From contig OZ199840.1 of assembly GCA_964304625.1 (NCBI GenBank), forward strand, positions 10,239,220 through 10,303,219: 64,000 bases of DNA. The letters run 5' to 3'. The position numbers and the translations under genes are program-made. Source of the DNA: Kudoa neothunni. Taxonomy: Eukaryota > Animalia > Cnidaria. The notes beneath the pieces are model-generated. The model was not told the origin of the DNA. It saw only the letters and a list, made by a program, of their open reading frames with translations, and did not search any database. Below are positions 26,990-40,800 of the stretch, piece by piece. Within the stretch, counting starts at the first letter, position 1, and every line of letters begins with the position of its first letter.

Positions 26990-28252
26990 CCCTCTAATGA
27001 ACTTGGGGTAAATTTTTACCCCAACGAGAAGTTAATAGTTGTATATGTGATTTGTTCGCCCTTCATAGGATACGAGTTTTTTTCAAATCGTCTAAAAAAG
27101 TTAATAACGTATGATTTTGAAATATTATGACTAAAAATATAAAAACAGAAAAATTATATCAAGTTTAGATTCCAATGAATTTTTTGGGTAAATACTTCCC
27201 AAAGATTTTTTTATACCAACTGATAGATAAAATAATTAGTATTTCATAATTCAAATATTAGCTATATATAATGGCTAAATTTGAAGTTATATGGTTATTA
27301 CCTATGCTAGTTATCACGTGACTTCCTTTTTTATTTTTAACATTGTGATAATTGAGGTGGATTCCAACGATAATACTTAAAATGATGAACAAAATTCTTT
27401 TAGAGTGATCATAAATCTTTACAATTGATATTGTTAACTTCAGCCACAGAATGATGCGAACACGCTGAAATAATAATAACCCTTTTTATAAGGTGAAAAC
27501 AATTATCCAGTTAATACACTGCGTATAAAAGATATATCATAGGAATCTGACGATATTAGAAACTGAGAATTCGGGTCAATCTATATTCAGTAAAGACGGC
27601 CTATGGTGGTGTTTTTCCATTTAATGGATTTATTATTTATAAATGCGTGTTAAATTTACAAAAACAAAACTTTTGAGATGATATTGTTATGAGAAAGTTT
27701 TTTAAATATGGCAAAATTATATCTTTCCATTAATGGAAAGAAACAATCTTGAAGCCCAAAATCCTGCGAGTTCGACCTTATATATTATGCTACAAATCAG
27801 AACACCGAATAAATGACCAATATTTTCAAGGTTTGAATGTTTTCTACGACAAAATGATAAGAAACCCATTACAGCTTGTTTCAGTTGTATGAAACTGTTG
27901 CAAAATTCATTCTGAGTGTTTGCAAATTTTATTCTCATTAAATGTTCGATTTTATTGCGCATATAATAATTAAAATACTTATTACATGATATAAATGTGA
28001 AATCTACTCAAATATTAAATTTTAATCAAAAATTGTCATTGCGGATTTTGACGAATACAGTTTCCGTAGGATTATGAGGATTACTACTCAGATGTTAGTT
28101 GTTTTACGGCTGAATCTAGCCATGGAATTATGCCCATTTTTATTTTCTGAAATCAAATATTTTTTATGGTTTGAATAAGGAAATAAAAATCTGGGGTAAT
28201 TTTTTACCCCCAATTTCATCGAAGTGCAATCGATTTTTAGTACATTAGAGGT
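26990..28252. mobile_element. piggyBac-like non-autonomous element (family also at 30387 and 49194)
   Basis: TTAA|CCCTCTAATG ... CATTAGAGGT|TTAA with subterminal GGGGTAA(A/T)nTACCCC palindromes; inverted copy at 49194-50352. Confidence 0.8.
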
Positions 28253-28284
28253 TTAATATAAGATTATTTTAAAAAGAGATAGTT

Positions 28285-28450
28285 TAACCCTAGAAAGCTC
28301 ACCAAAAATAGTTTTATAAAGGTTCAATGGATCTTTATTTGTTCAAAGTATAAATTGATCAAATAAAGTCACTTAATTATTGTAAGGTTTTTTTTAGAGA
28401 TTATTTAACCATATAGAATAAACAATATTATTTATTCTAATTTCAGTAAT
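28285..28450. repeat. TTAA-type transposon end with an inverted homologue at about 32600-32925
   Basis: TTAACCCTAGAAAGCTC vs GAGTTCTCTAGGGTTGA; shared AAGTATAAATTGATCAAATAA.GTCACTT block in opposite orientation. Confidence 0.5.
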
Positions 28451-30386
28451 TTATAAACTATAAATATTCGTTGAGAACGATTTTTGTAATATTTATCTAT
28501 TCATCGAATCTTTTAATTCTCTATCATAAATTAAAATTAGTTTGAAAGAAACAAAACAATAATATATTTAAAATTTTTTATTCAAATCATAATATACAAT
28601 ATAGATAACGAGATCTAAATAAACACGATGTAAAGTTGGTTGTCGAATGTTTAAAAAGGAGATTAAGTTTTATACACCACCCGATTTGCAATGGTTGGGA
28701 ATAATACGTTTGACTTCGATACCTTCCATTCCAAAACATATTCCAGCGTTAAACCATATTTAAAAGAATATTATCATAATAGACAGAAGTCGTGGAGCAA
28801 TAAAGATGATAACCTGGTGTTGGATGGCGATCATGATTTCATGTAAAAAGCGTCATGGCCTTACTGCGTAAATAATACGTCTTCGTAGTTTTTATTAAAT
28901 TATGTTGAATCGTTTTGAAATAATATTTTTTTGTAGTCTGTGCTATTACAGTGAAACTTCGGAGTTCGACCAAAAATTTTAATTCAGAAACACTTTTGAG
29001 TTCGAACACATAGGAAGGATATGCAGAACAAATCCAGATGGAGAAAAGAAGAGAAGAAAAGAAATTCTAGAAGGAGATTCGCTCAACCAAGTTGCACAAA
29101 CGTCATCGAAAGATAACTCTTTTTAATCTATCATATGACGACCAAAATACATTTATCCTATGTAACATGCGGATTAAAGGGTTGTAATTAGGCCTTTAAA
29201 AAATCGAGGGTGATTATGTGTTGAAGTGAGGATTATTAAGAATTTCATGATTCAACTTTTTGTGGTTGTTACTAGTTATTACGAACATTTTGATGGATAA
29301 TTGTTAAGTTCTAGATATACCCTTAATGCATTTGCATAGTCACGTGTTTTGGTAGTTATAAATGAGCGTTTATGGTGGCATTAATAACAATACATCTCTG
29401 TAAATTAATTATATTAATAACCTGGGTAATAAACGTTAATTTTTAGGTTTTACACAATTTTTATATTGTTGAGAGAAGTAAGAAAATTTGTCTTGACTAA
29501 TTGCCATATCAAATAAATTTAACTTAAAATGCCTAAAAATCTTATATTTTGATTTGTGACGATTACTCTACCTTAAAGTTAGTTTTAAATAAAAAATAAT
29601 TGTTTTTAGTCACTTGATGAATATAAATAAAAAACTAACAATAAAATAGATTAAAAATTTTAATGTTTGAATTTAGGGACAAATATAGTTATAAAATTTT
29701 TTTAATCATGAACAAACAACTCTAGAAAATTTAGAAACTAAAACCCACATTAAGGAATAACATAGTTAATTTGAAACATCTTCGTTGTAATTTTGAATGG
29801 AATAAATCAGAAAGTTCTGTTTTTAAAATAGGAAGTCACAAGATTGAACATCTACAAACTTATTACTAACAGACACAAATAAAAAAATCTGTGAACAGTT
29901 AACGACTTCGAACTTGTTAAAATTACAGAAAATAATACGTTTTTGATGTATTTATCATCAACATAGAAATTCCACGTGAATCCGAATGTGCTCTACTTAA
30001 GATTAATTTCAAGTTGTTTATAGGTTAATTCATTTTAATTTAACTATATAATGCACTCCTGAATTTTGATAAGAAAGTTTCTGCCAACATTGGTTACAAA
30101 AATCTACTCTGAACGAATCACACAATATTGTTAATACATTGACTTGATCTCTTCGAACTGAGGGATAATCCCTATACCCTCGATTTTTTGAAGCCCTAGT
30201 TTTAATCCATCAGTCATATGCACGATCTAGAGCAGAGCGGTACGGCATCACCGCCTTTAATGCTAATAACAGGTTCGAATCCCAAATAGGTAGGAGCTTG
30301 TGTTACATCATATATGTCATTTTTACTATTATATTTAATATCTATTTGTTCTACATTTATAAACATAAGGCGTGCTTGTTTTTTAA

Positions 30387-32362
30387 CCCTCGAATGTACT
30401 TAAAGTCGACTTACCTCTAATGGATTTTGGGGTAAAAAAATACCCCGGGTTTTTTTATTTCGTATGCAAGAAAAAATTATAATTTTTTGAAATTACATGG
30501 AAGAGAATAAATATATTGCCAGAACCAGTTGAAAACAAATGAATGAAGTCTATAATAATCCTACGATAACTAGCTTCGTTAAAAATCGTTGTACTATTTT
30601 ATAGATAACTAGCGGGAACTGCCCAGCGTTGCTTGGGCAAGATTCCGCAGAAATTCGTTTTTTAATAACATTCGAAAAATATATTGAAATCCTGATAACT
30701 TCTGTGCAGGGATGTACTAATTCCGGCGTTCATTGAACAATTTCAAGGGCCGATAAGAATGGTATATAATTTAATGTCAGCGTCGTATTTTTCTGTATTT
30801 CCTAATTATTTAAATTACCTTAAAGTGTTATCTGAAACGTTATTTTTTTTGGCCCGACTCAAAAAGTTTTTGTAAGTGCTTTTTGGGGGAGGTGAAAAAA
30901 GACGTCGAGATAGAGAAACATTTACGTAAACTGGTTTTTATTACTCAAATTAATATCAGTTGGCCCGGCATAAACCATTGTGTGCTCTTTCTCAAAAACA
31001 CGTACAAATCACGTCAATATCAACATAAATAATTTGTATAAACGGATGAAATAAACATACAACCATCCGCTTTGAATTTAATCATTGAGAGTTCAACATA
31101 GCGTATGATTTCAATGAAATCTACGTACATAGTGTTTGTATTCTAGAGATTTAATCTATCTGATTATGGCAAGCTCCATTAATTCACTATTAATGATGCA
31201 AACATAAACTTTTTCCATATCTAAAGCCATTTATAGAGACTTCAAAGTATGAATATCAAGTCAAATCTGTTAAAACTCCCGATATAGAGATTGTATTTGC
31301 GAGAACACTTAAATTTACACACCAAATTTGTATAAAAAGTCAGATGGCAGCATTTAATTAATATTTGATAGAGCGTACAAGGGGGAAAGTTAACATAAAC
31401 CGACAGTCATCATGACATAAGCTGTGTTTAATCCTACAATCGAACTCATGCAATCCGCTTCACAAACTTTGAATCGACAAAATCACTATTTTCTAAAAAC
31501 TTCTGGGAACATTTGGTAGTGCATAAACGATTTAAAGATTTATTGAAACGTGGTGATTTTTAAAAAAATTTCCTAAATGAATGTCTCTTTATAAGGAATA
31601 AATTTTGTTGCACATGCGTACTTGCAGACACACATGGATACTTTAGCTTTATATATATGCAGTAGATAGTAGAAGGAGAGCTTTTTATTGCTCATAATAG
31701 CGAAAATCTTCTTCAATAAATAAGACAATGTAATTAATTGGTTAACCTTCCAAGTTCCCCAAATCGATTATACACTTGCTGCTTTCAGGATCACATTGAC
31801 TCTAGGTTTTTATCGCATCTTTAAATGCAATAAAAATTATGTACTCGCATGTAAAATTGAATAATTCGAATTCGTGGGATAACCCAATTTTTGATACGTA
31901 AAAATGGTTTAAAATTGTTTATACTAAAAAATATTTATAAATTAAGTTCACCCGTTACGTGAGTTACAAATTAGTTCCCTATGGTGGGTAATCACTTTGT
32001 GCGGTTTGATGAAAACATGAGCAATATGAATTTTTTTAATATCTCCCTTTGAATATAATATAGGTCATAAAGATTATTCATGCCACCAAAAACTTCAAAT
32101 CCTCATCATATTTACAGTGAGTGATATCCGTTATACCATTGCAGATGCCATCCAGGTAATCCATTTCTTTGGAATGGAGGTGAATCGTGCGAGTTTAATT
32201 AACTAAATTACGTGATTTGTTAAGAATTAAGAGAGGTATATTTTCAAATTTTCCCATCAAAATGTGTTCAACTTGGCGAAAATTTCTCTGCCAAAATTAT
32301 TTAATCTAAATTTGGAAGAGAAAAAAATTGGGAGATTTTTTTACCCAAAATCCATTAGAGGG
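30387..32362. mobile_element. piggyBac-like element carrying a nested Helitron
   Basis: TTAA|CCCTCGAATGT ... CCATTAGAGGG|TTAA; ends similar to the elements at 26990 and 49194. Confidence 0.7.
30609..31673 (-). mobile_element. Non-autonomous Helitron (about 1.06 kb)
   Basis: Minus-strand 5' end TCTACT...ATATATATAAAG...GTGTGTCTG; 3' hairpin GCCCAAGCAACGCTGGGC followed by AGTTCCCGCTAG|T. Homologues at 6813, 57590 and 61734. Confidence 0.75.
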
Positions 32363-34857
32363 TTAATAAATACAAATAAAAATAGTCATTTATTTGATGA
32401 GAGATACGGATTAAACTAATTTTCATTGTTATACACGGGAAAAATTATGAAAATAACTTTCATGTTGGTTATCAGACTTAATCTCATTTTTAAACATTCT
32501 ACAATCGATATTACATCATGTTTATTTTGGTGAAATTATCAATATAATGTATTACGGTTTGAATAAATGTTTTAAATATTTATAAGTTTAATTTCTATCC
32601 AAAAAACCTTAATTTAGATCAAAGCATTAAAAGATTAAATGAACAGCTAAATATTCCAAAAATATCGTTTACCCTTTTTAGTTAGATAAATTATAAATGA
32701 ACATTTTACGATAATCAAGTGACGTTATTTGATCAATTTATACTTGGACAAAAAAGGGGTTCATTGAGTTTTTGCGCAACTTTTTGAAAAATCCGATAAA
32801 AAGCATACATAGGATGATAAAATTTGCTTAGCATTAATCTCGGTACATAAAATATCCCTATAACTTTATAAGCATTTAATTAGATTCGTAACTGAATGGA
32901 GCCCACTGAGTTCTCTAGGGTTGATAACATTTTTTGTTTTTGTATAAGTGCGCACGCATTCTACATTTATAGAGTTGATTGGATATTTCTTTGTATGGTT
33001 GGATTATTGACGTAACTTACGTAAGAGAATGACCCTTGAATACCATAAATAATTAAATATAGCAGATTCAAAAAAAAAATAAAATCTGTAAACAGCCTGT
33101 AAGTAACAGTTTAAGCAATTAAATATTTTTAACGCGCACGCAGACATGTAGTTTAGGATTTAAATATACTCTGACAATGGTAAGTTTCTTAGTTTATGTA
33201 GACTGAAACAAAAAACATGCGCAATCAAAGCTTAATTTGGCAGTCACGTGGCGTAATTTTGCCATCATAAGGTACGATTTTAATTCAAGAGTCTCGGATT
33301 AAAATAATAATAAATAAGATAGCTAACATGATAGAAAATTAAGTGTAGATGTGGAAGTGGCCTTGACAAAAGTAGACGATGGAAACATAGAAGAAGGAAA
33401 CAATCGCCTTCTACAAAGAAACATTTTAAAGATTAATCCAATCTCATACATTTTTTTGATAAAATCTAAATCGTTAAATAGCTGGATTAGTTATCAAAGT
33501 TACAATTCTATAATACAATGAAAACAAAACATTCTAAATCACATGTCATACTTGTGCTATTGTTAAATATAATCCTCAATTGAATGGTCGGTTCTAGATG
33601 GTGAAGAAAAGTTTTTTATTAGCGCATCCACATCAAATGTTTCCGTTCAAATTTTAGTTGGTTATCAATAATTAATACCATTAAACGATTTTCCCTCGAA
33701 AATTAATACCACATGTGAACAAATCAATGTCCACATAAAATACATTAAATAGTCGTTTGCTGACGATGTGTAATCGGATTTAACATCATTAATCCTTATT
33801 CTTTTTTTGTGCGGTACAGCACTAATTTACTGTATTGTAATATTGTAACAGGCGTGAGGATGATATATTGTTATCCGATTATGAAAAAATATTATTCACA
33901 ATCATCCAGCGGTAGCATACTATTGAGTTGAAGATTATCATCATCTAGGTTCGTTATTAATAGTGAATGTGCGTTGATCTGAGTGGGACATTTGGTGCTA
34001 TGCGTGCAGTTGTTACACTGTTAAATTGGGATATAATTCTTTCCTCATTTTTGGAGTGGAAACTTAACAAATACACCACATTAGTGAGTGATTTGGTTCG
34101 GAATGTGAACTACGAACACTTATTGTTGAATTTAAAATGATAATTGCGCAGGCGTTTTTCTCTGTTTAGGTGCAGTCAGCGCTGACTCACTACAGTCACA
34201 TCCAAAAAAAATAACCGGTTTATCTCATTAACACACGCTTAAATTCAATTTTTTCGGCTAAGCAGATTTCATTAGATATTCCCGTAGAGTTATTTTGTTC
34301 ACACGGTGCAACTGCTCAATCCATTAGAGTCGAATCATATTGTTTTACCAGGTGGATTGGATGTTGGTTTTTCATGTGGGACATGTAACACCGATTGTTT
34401 ATCCATATCCCTTGGTAAGCTTACTGTATAAAAGTATTAGCCGTTATTGATACCGACAATAAAAGTGAATGATTCAATGTCAATTATTGGCTCTATTCAT
34501 GGATGGGTGGATGGTTTTTAACAGCGCTTAGCTTCATTCACAATTCAGTTTCATTATGCATATCTCTATTTGAGCATACTTGTGAATTTTGGGTTGACTC
34601 ACTGAATACAATCATAATCGGACATTATTCAGATTAAATTAAAAATTAATGTTAAAAATTTTTTAATATTAGTAACGAGGATTGTAGGTCTGTGTGTGGG
34701 CAATAAATAGTTTTAGTTTGTTGTAGTGGTTGTTGTGGTTGGGAGAGGTTTAAGTGTTAAGAAACAAGCAGGGCGGCCATCAGCATGCGAGTTGTATCCC
34801 ATCGGATCGTCGCGTGCTGTTGCTATAGAAGGTGCGTCGGTGTTTTTTGCTTTCCCA

Positions 34858-37800
34858 ATGGGCAGAGGTACATCCAGTCAATCTCCACCAAAGTCTGTAC
34901 ATAATGCGACCATGGAAACTGAAGCAACAGTTGATAACAAGGTAGTTTGTCCAACTGCTAATGTCTAACTCATTCTCGCCCCATCCATCCATCCATCCAA
35001 CCACTCATCAATTTCGATATGTGTTGTTGGATCTAGATGTTGTATATGTGGTAACACGTGTGTTATTTTATTTTCTCTTTCCAACTATCATCATTCACCG
35101 ACTCGATTAATGTGAATATGAAATTATTGAATGACGATTAAGTTGGTATAATTTTCACATCGATACAATACTCCAATTAATTGTTACCATAAGAATTATA
35201 TTTATTTTATTTTAATCCAATAGAACATGAGTTAATTTTTTTCAATCCAAACCTTCCACATCACCAAATTTGATCGACCATTTGGATGATGATTGAACCC
35301 GGTGAGCGATCAATTGGATGGTGTTTACTCTTAACCCCAATTATGTAAACTACCTGCTATGATGCGTGGTTTATTATAGTGGTGGATGGTGCAGTGTGTT
35401 AGTGGACGCCTTTTTAAACAACACGCTACGTTTCCATGAACATCACTCATCTGTTTTAGATTGACTCTCACACTTTCATCAACCATAAACAACACATCAT
35501 GAAAACACTGCAATCGAAAATTGGACAGGATTTCAGTGTGGATACCAGCTCCAGCTCGAGTATCAGCAGCAGCAATAGCAGCGTTCAGAATTATTCGGGT
35601 TAGTTTCTATTCCCTTGTGGCGTCATTCATTAGTCATTGTCGCTGTGAGCCTTTTCAGTTGGTTAAGTAGTTGATTGATATTTTTGTTGTAACAATTGGG
35701 TGGAGGACGTGTGCACATCGATACAACCATCTTTGTCATATACAAAATACGATCTGCTACATTTTAACAACTGATAAACATCTCTTAGCTGCTGTTTGAT
35801 TATAGCCAACCTTTATTCTACGACATATTTAGATCAACTCACAGAGAACAAAAAGAGTTTATCCAACTCCTGTGGTGAAAATCAGATCGTTACAATTGCA
35901 ACGATGGGCGACAGCAACTCTCCTACACATCCTCTCAATGTGAACAACGCCAAATTTGATCTTATCTTCAAGTTGGTCAGCGATGGCCATATTACACCCG
36001 ACAAATTCAACACCGAAAATGAAAGCCTACTTGGAATCGCTTGCTCAACTGGTAACACTTTTTTTGACATGATTCCCATTATATAACTTAATTCGAATAG
36101 GGCATTTCAATCTTGTTCGATTGTTGATACAAAAAGGAGCCGATGTCAATCATCTAGGTGCCAACGGTGAGCACACTCCTCTTATGGAGGCTGTCAATAA
36201 CAATTCGATCCAAATTGCCAAATGTCTAATCAATCACAACGCTAATGTAATTTTATACATGCTCAGTCATTTTTAGGCGGTTTTTGGTGGTAGGTGAACG
36301 CAAAATCCAAATCTGGTTACACTGCTCTTCATATTGCCTGCGCCTCGGGAAGTCTTCCTTGTACCAAACTGTTGATTGAATCCGGCGCCGACCCTACCAT
36401 CTGCAGTGCTCTACTTAGAACCCGGTAATGGAAGCCGCGTTTTGTGGTCATTCCGAATTATCGCCTATCTACTTGATGAATCCCCTAACACTATCAACTC
36501 AACTGAAGTATATTTCAAATTTGACACTCGCTCGTCATTTTTGATTATCGGTTTATTCTAGTGTCTCACCAACTGTACCAACAACAACAACAACAACAGC
36601 AACAGCAACAGCAACAACAACAACAACAATCACGCCAGTAGCAACAGTTTAACATTACAACATGTACATTGTAGCTCGTCGTCGTCGGCCAGCGGTCCAA
36701 ACTCTACCTCGGCTCCTTGCACCAGTGACAACTTTTTCAAAATGTGCCACATCAATTTTAGAGAATCTCCACTTTTGATCGCTTCTCATCGTGGTATTTT
36801 TTTTTGTCGGTGGACCTGATTGGTTTTAATATCGCTGTTCTCATGATATTTCAATTATAATTAAATGCATCCAAATATTATTGCATTTACAAACTATTGA
36901 TAAATGATTTAATTTTCCAATTTTTTATCATTCGTTATTTAATTGTAATATTCTAAAATAATTTAAAAATTATTACTATTATTACAATGTTCATTTTCGT
37001 ATATTTTATTAATTCTTATATAATTCAATAACTACTATATGCTTTACTTTTGTGATATTTTATTATAATTTTCTAATTCTAACAATTCTTAGAGTATTTA
37101 ACAGTTATTGTTATTATTATATTTGTTAATTTTTTCAAGTCATTTATTAAATAGGATAATCGTTCAGCATCTATACAATAATTAATTGAGTGTTATGCTC
37201 ATTATTTTATTCTAAAATTTAAAATGAGTGGCTCTATATTGATGTTTTGAAAATTCTTTAATTAATTCTATGAATTATTAGATTTTATAAAATCAATTTA
37301 TTGTCTAATTTTTTTATATTTTTTAATAAATATTTTATCACATCAGTTCCCCATTTTCTGAAATTATATAATACCTGACGCCATTTTTTACGTAATTATG
37401 GTATGATTGACTAAATAGACGAATTCTTAAATTCTTATTAATATAAAATTTTCGTTAATTATATTGATCGTTAAATAATTGACATTATTTATTTATACTT
37501 GGAGTATAATTAACTTATTGTATTAATTATTATTTATTTTCCAATTAATGTATTAATTAATACAAACAAGCGCTAAATATTTGCTAGTTATTATACTTGT
37601 TAATTCACAGAGAATTGTAAATTAATTAAATCTGCATAATCTTGAATAACCGATTAAATGTGATAAATTTTCATCAAATATACTAATCGTTATATATTTG
37701 AAAAAGACAAAATTTTGTTGACAATTTTTCTAATATTAATCTTCTGCACCTATCTACAATCTTTGCGCCTAATTCCATAATTCCTGGTTATGTGTTGCAA

Positions 37801-40800
37801 TTTAAATTTACTCTTTATAATTAAATCTGACATTATTGCACGTATATTAAATGTAGATTGTTAACACCCCGAATTCATTAATATTTCATTAATTTTTTAA
37901 TATTTCCATAATATTGAATTGGATTTTATTATTAACTACGGGGAGAGTTGAACGAATCTATACTACGCGGAAGCTTATATTACCAATAAAAATTAGATAA
38001 GCTGCCCAATATAGAGTTTACGACCTTTTTAGTTATCTTCGACAATAATGTTGTGTTAATATTGAAGCAGTGAGATTCTCAAATTATAATGTTTAACACA
38101 AATATGTAGTAATTAACGTTCAGTTGTGCTATTAGTTTACTAGAGTAAAGATGGGTTTCCATGGAGCAGAGTATTAATTCTCAATCAAACTGTTTTTTGA
38201 CAATTGGATTGTTTGTTGAGTTACTAACAACGTTTGTAGGTCACGCAGATGCGGTCCGTGCCATTCTAGAACGAATGTCCTACATGGTGAACCCCGAGGA
38301 GGATATAATGTCGTCAATTCTTGAGGCAACTATTGACTGTCATGTTCATGTGGTTGAGTTGTTGTTGGATTTCGCCTCAAAAAATTTTGAGATTGACGAA
38401 GCGTTGAACTCACCTTTGACGTTAGCGGCCAGCGGGGGACACCTAGGTCTCGTAAAGTTATTCCTAGATTATGGCGCCAATCCTAACGATTTTAATGCGG
38501 AAGGCTTCACTCCATTGATGGAAGCTTGTCGTGAAGGCCACCTTGATGTAATTAGGTATTTTTTGTCGCCAGAAGTTGGCGCCCAAATCAACACCATCAC
38601 CAAAGAACACGGCGAAACTGCGCTCACTATCTCCTGTTGCAGCGGTAATTTGGAGACGGTGAAACACTTGGTAGAAGTGGGTAAAGCGTCCATAGAACTG
38701 GGTCATTCGCCACCATTGCTTGAGGCCGCTTCGGAAAATCATGCCGATATTGTGGAATATCTCATCAAAAAAGGTGCGGCTATCAACTCGAAAGGTTCGG
38801 TCGGTAGAGATGCTCTCTATCAAGCGTGTGAAGCGGGAAATATCGATGTCGTCAAAGTGCTTTTGAAACATGAGGCTGATATTGAGAGTTGTGCCGATGA
38901 CTCAAAAACTCCACTTATGCGAGCGGTTGAAAGTGGCCACATTGATATTGTGGAATACCTACTGTCTAAGGGTGCCCGTGTCAACTCTAGATGCTCATCA
39001 AGCGAATGGAGTCCTCTGATTATTGCGTGTCTGTCCGGAAATGTTATTATGGCTCGTTATCTGGTGGCTAATGGTGCAGATCCACGCGTAAAAATGACCG
39101 ACAACTCCTCTCTACTCATTGAAGCCACAAGAGCCGGCCATCTGAATATCGTAGCTTTCCTACTTAATCCATCCATGAGCACTCCTCATTTCCAAACCAA
39201 TTGTGATAATCATGCGGCAACGGGGACATCAACTTCAATCTCCACACAAACGGTGGTAATGCCACCTGTGAGTGACAACAAAATGCCGTCTGTCTATTGG
39301 CAAAGCGATTCATCGGAAATTGAGCGTCTTCGAACATTGATACCTCCTAGGATATTGGACCTCTACATGAAAGCCAACAAAATAACTGACAGAAACGCTG
39401 CATGCAATTCTATGGCTGCTGCTTTTCAATCATATTCGAAAAAATTATTTGATTCACCGCAGTGTGGCAACAACCAATCTTCACAAACAACAGTCACCAC
39501 TCAGGACGGTCACATTAAGAATGTACTACAAGTTTCTGATAAAACTCAGGCTTCAAGTGGCAACAACAACACAATCAAAAAGCCCACTCGTATGTGCGAA
39601 TATCACAACTTAATGGAATCCATGTCTTCGTTAGACTGGAATAGTTTGCCGAGTGATTTACTTTCTCTTAGCAACACTAACGATATTAAAGAGTATGCTA
39701 CGGCTACAACTGGTGATAATCAATGCATCGTTGATAACACTGGAAAGACTACCATCGCTATCAATAACAATAATAACGATGGAAACTGTTTTGGCCCACA
39801 CCGCAATATCAGTTTACTCAATCTACTTGAACATCTTAGTTTAAAAGGTTCTAAACTCGTGTCGCCAGTGATAGCTCAAAGTGATGATTGTTTTAACATG
39901 AACCCAGCGCCTTCTAACAGCTGTTGTGACGGTGGAGGACATAACGTCGTTGACTGCTGTTGTCTTGCCTCGTACGCTAACAAATATCTCCAAATGAATG
40001 ATGTTGGTTCGCCCATATCTGACGATTGTATTAGAAATGTGATAAAAAAAATCAACGCCCACTTCAAAGTCTGCTCAAACCCTTTCAACGATATTAACCA
40101 TCGCACAGATATCAACAGAGACAGTCCTCTTTCCATCGCCGCCAATATGGGCTATTTGGATATTGTAGATTATTTGGTGAGAAACGGTGCCGATGTAAAT
40201 ATTGTCGACCGTAAGGGATACACTCCTCTCATGGTAGCATGTGCTGCTGGACATTTTCATGTGGCCAACTATCTTCTTTCGCTAAAAAAAGTGGATGTGA
40301 ATGTGAAATCTGATCGAAATCATGACACAGCTCTCACCTTGGCCACCGCAGCTGGGCGAGTCGATCTTGTGGATTTACTGATTGATCGTGGTGCCATCGT
40401 TGAACATAAAACATCCAACGATTATACTCCACTTTGCTTGGCTTCACATAACGGTCACTTAGATATAGTCAAATTGTTGTTGGGTAGGAAAGCCAATGTG
40501 AATTGTCGCACTACCTACTCTCCATTGATTCTCGCAGTGATGAATGGACACGAAAAAGTCGCTGAATTGCTGATCAATTATGGAGCTGATGTGAATGCAT
40601 CAGTGGAATCCAATGGAAGCACTCCACTTTCCATCGCTGTCTATGCCAACAAAGCCAACTTGGCTGACCTTTTGCTTAAGAACGGAGCCGTACCTGATTG
40701 TAAGAACAAAGTTGGTTATACACCATTTATGGACGCAGTATCGTCAAACAATGTTGCGATTGGTAGAATTCTCTTGGATTACAACTGTGATGCCTCTACA

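Noticed and set aside
27717-27962. Duplicated ORF MRNKIEHLMRIKF (also 49446-49664) as a gene pair
   Set aside because: Lies inside two copies of a non-autonomous transposon and is frameshifted between them
30228-30295. tRNA gene (B-box GGTTCGAATCCC)
   Set aside because: No acceptor stem or anticodon arm can be folded; at most a SINE or pseudo-tRNA
38161-38239. ORF-track start MEQSINSQ of the 1763-aa ORF
   Set aside because: Intronic; upstream ankyrin exons splice in at 38240
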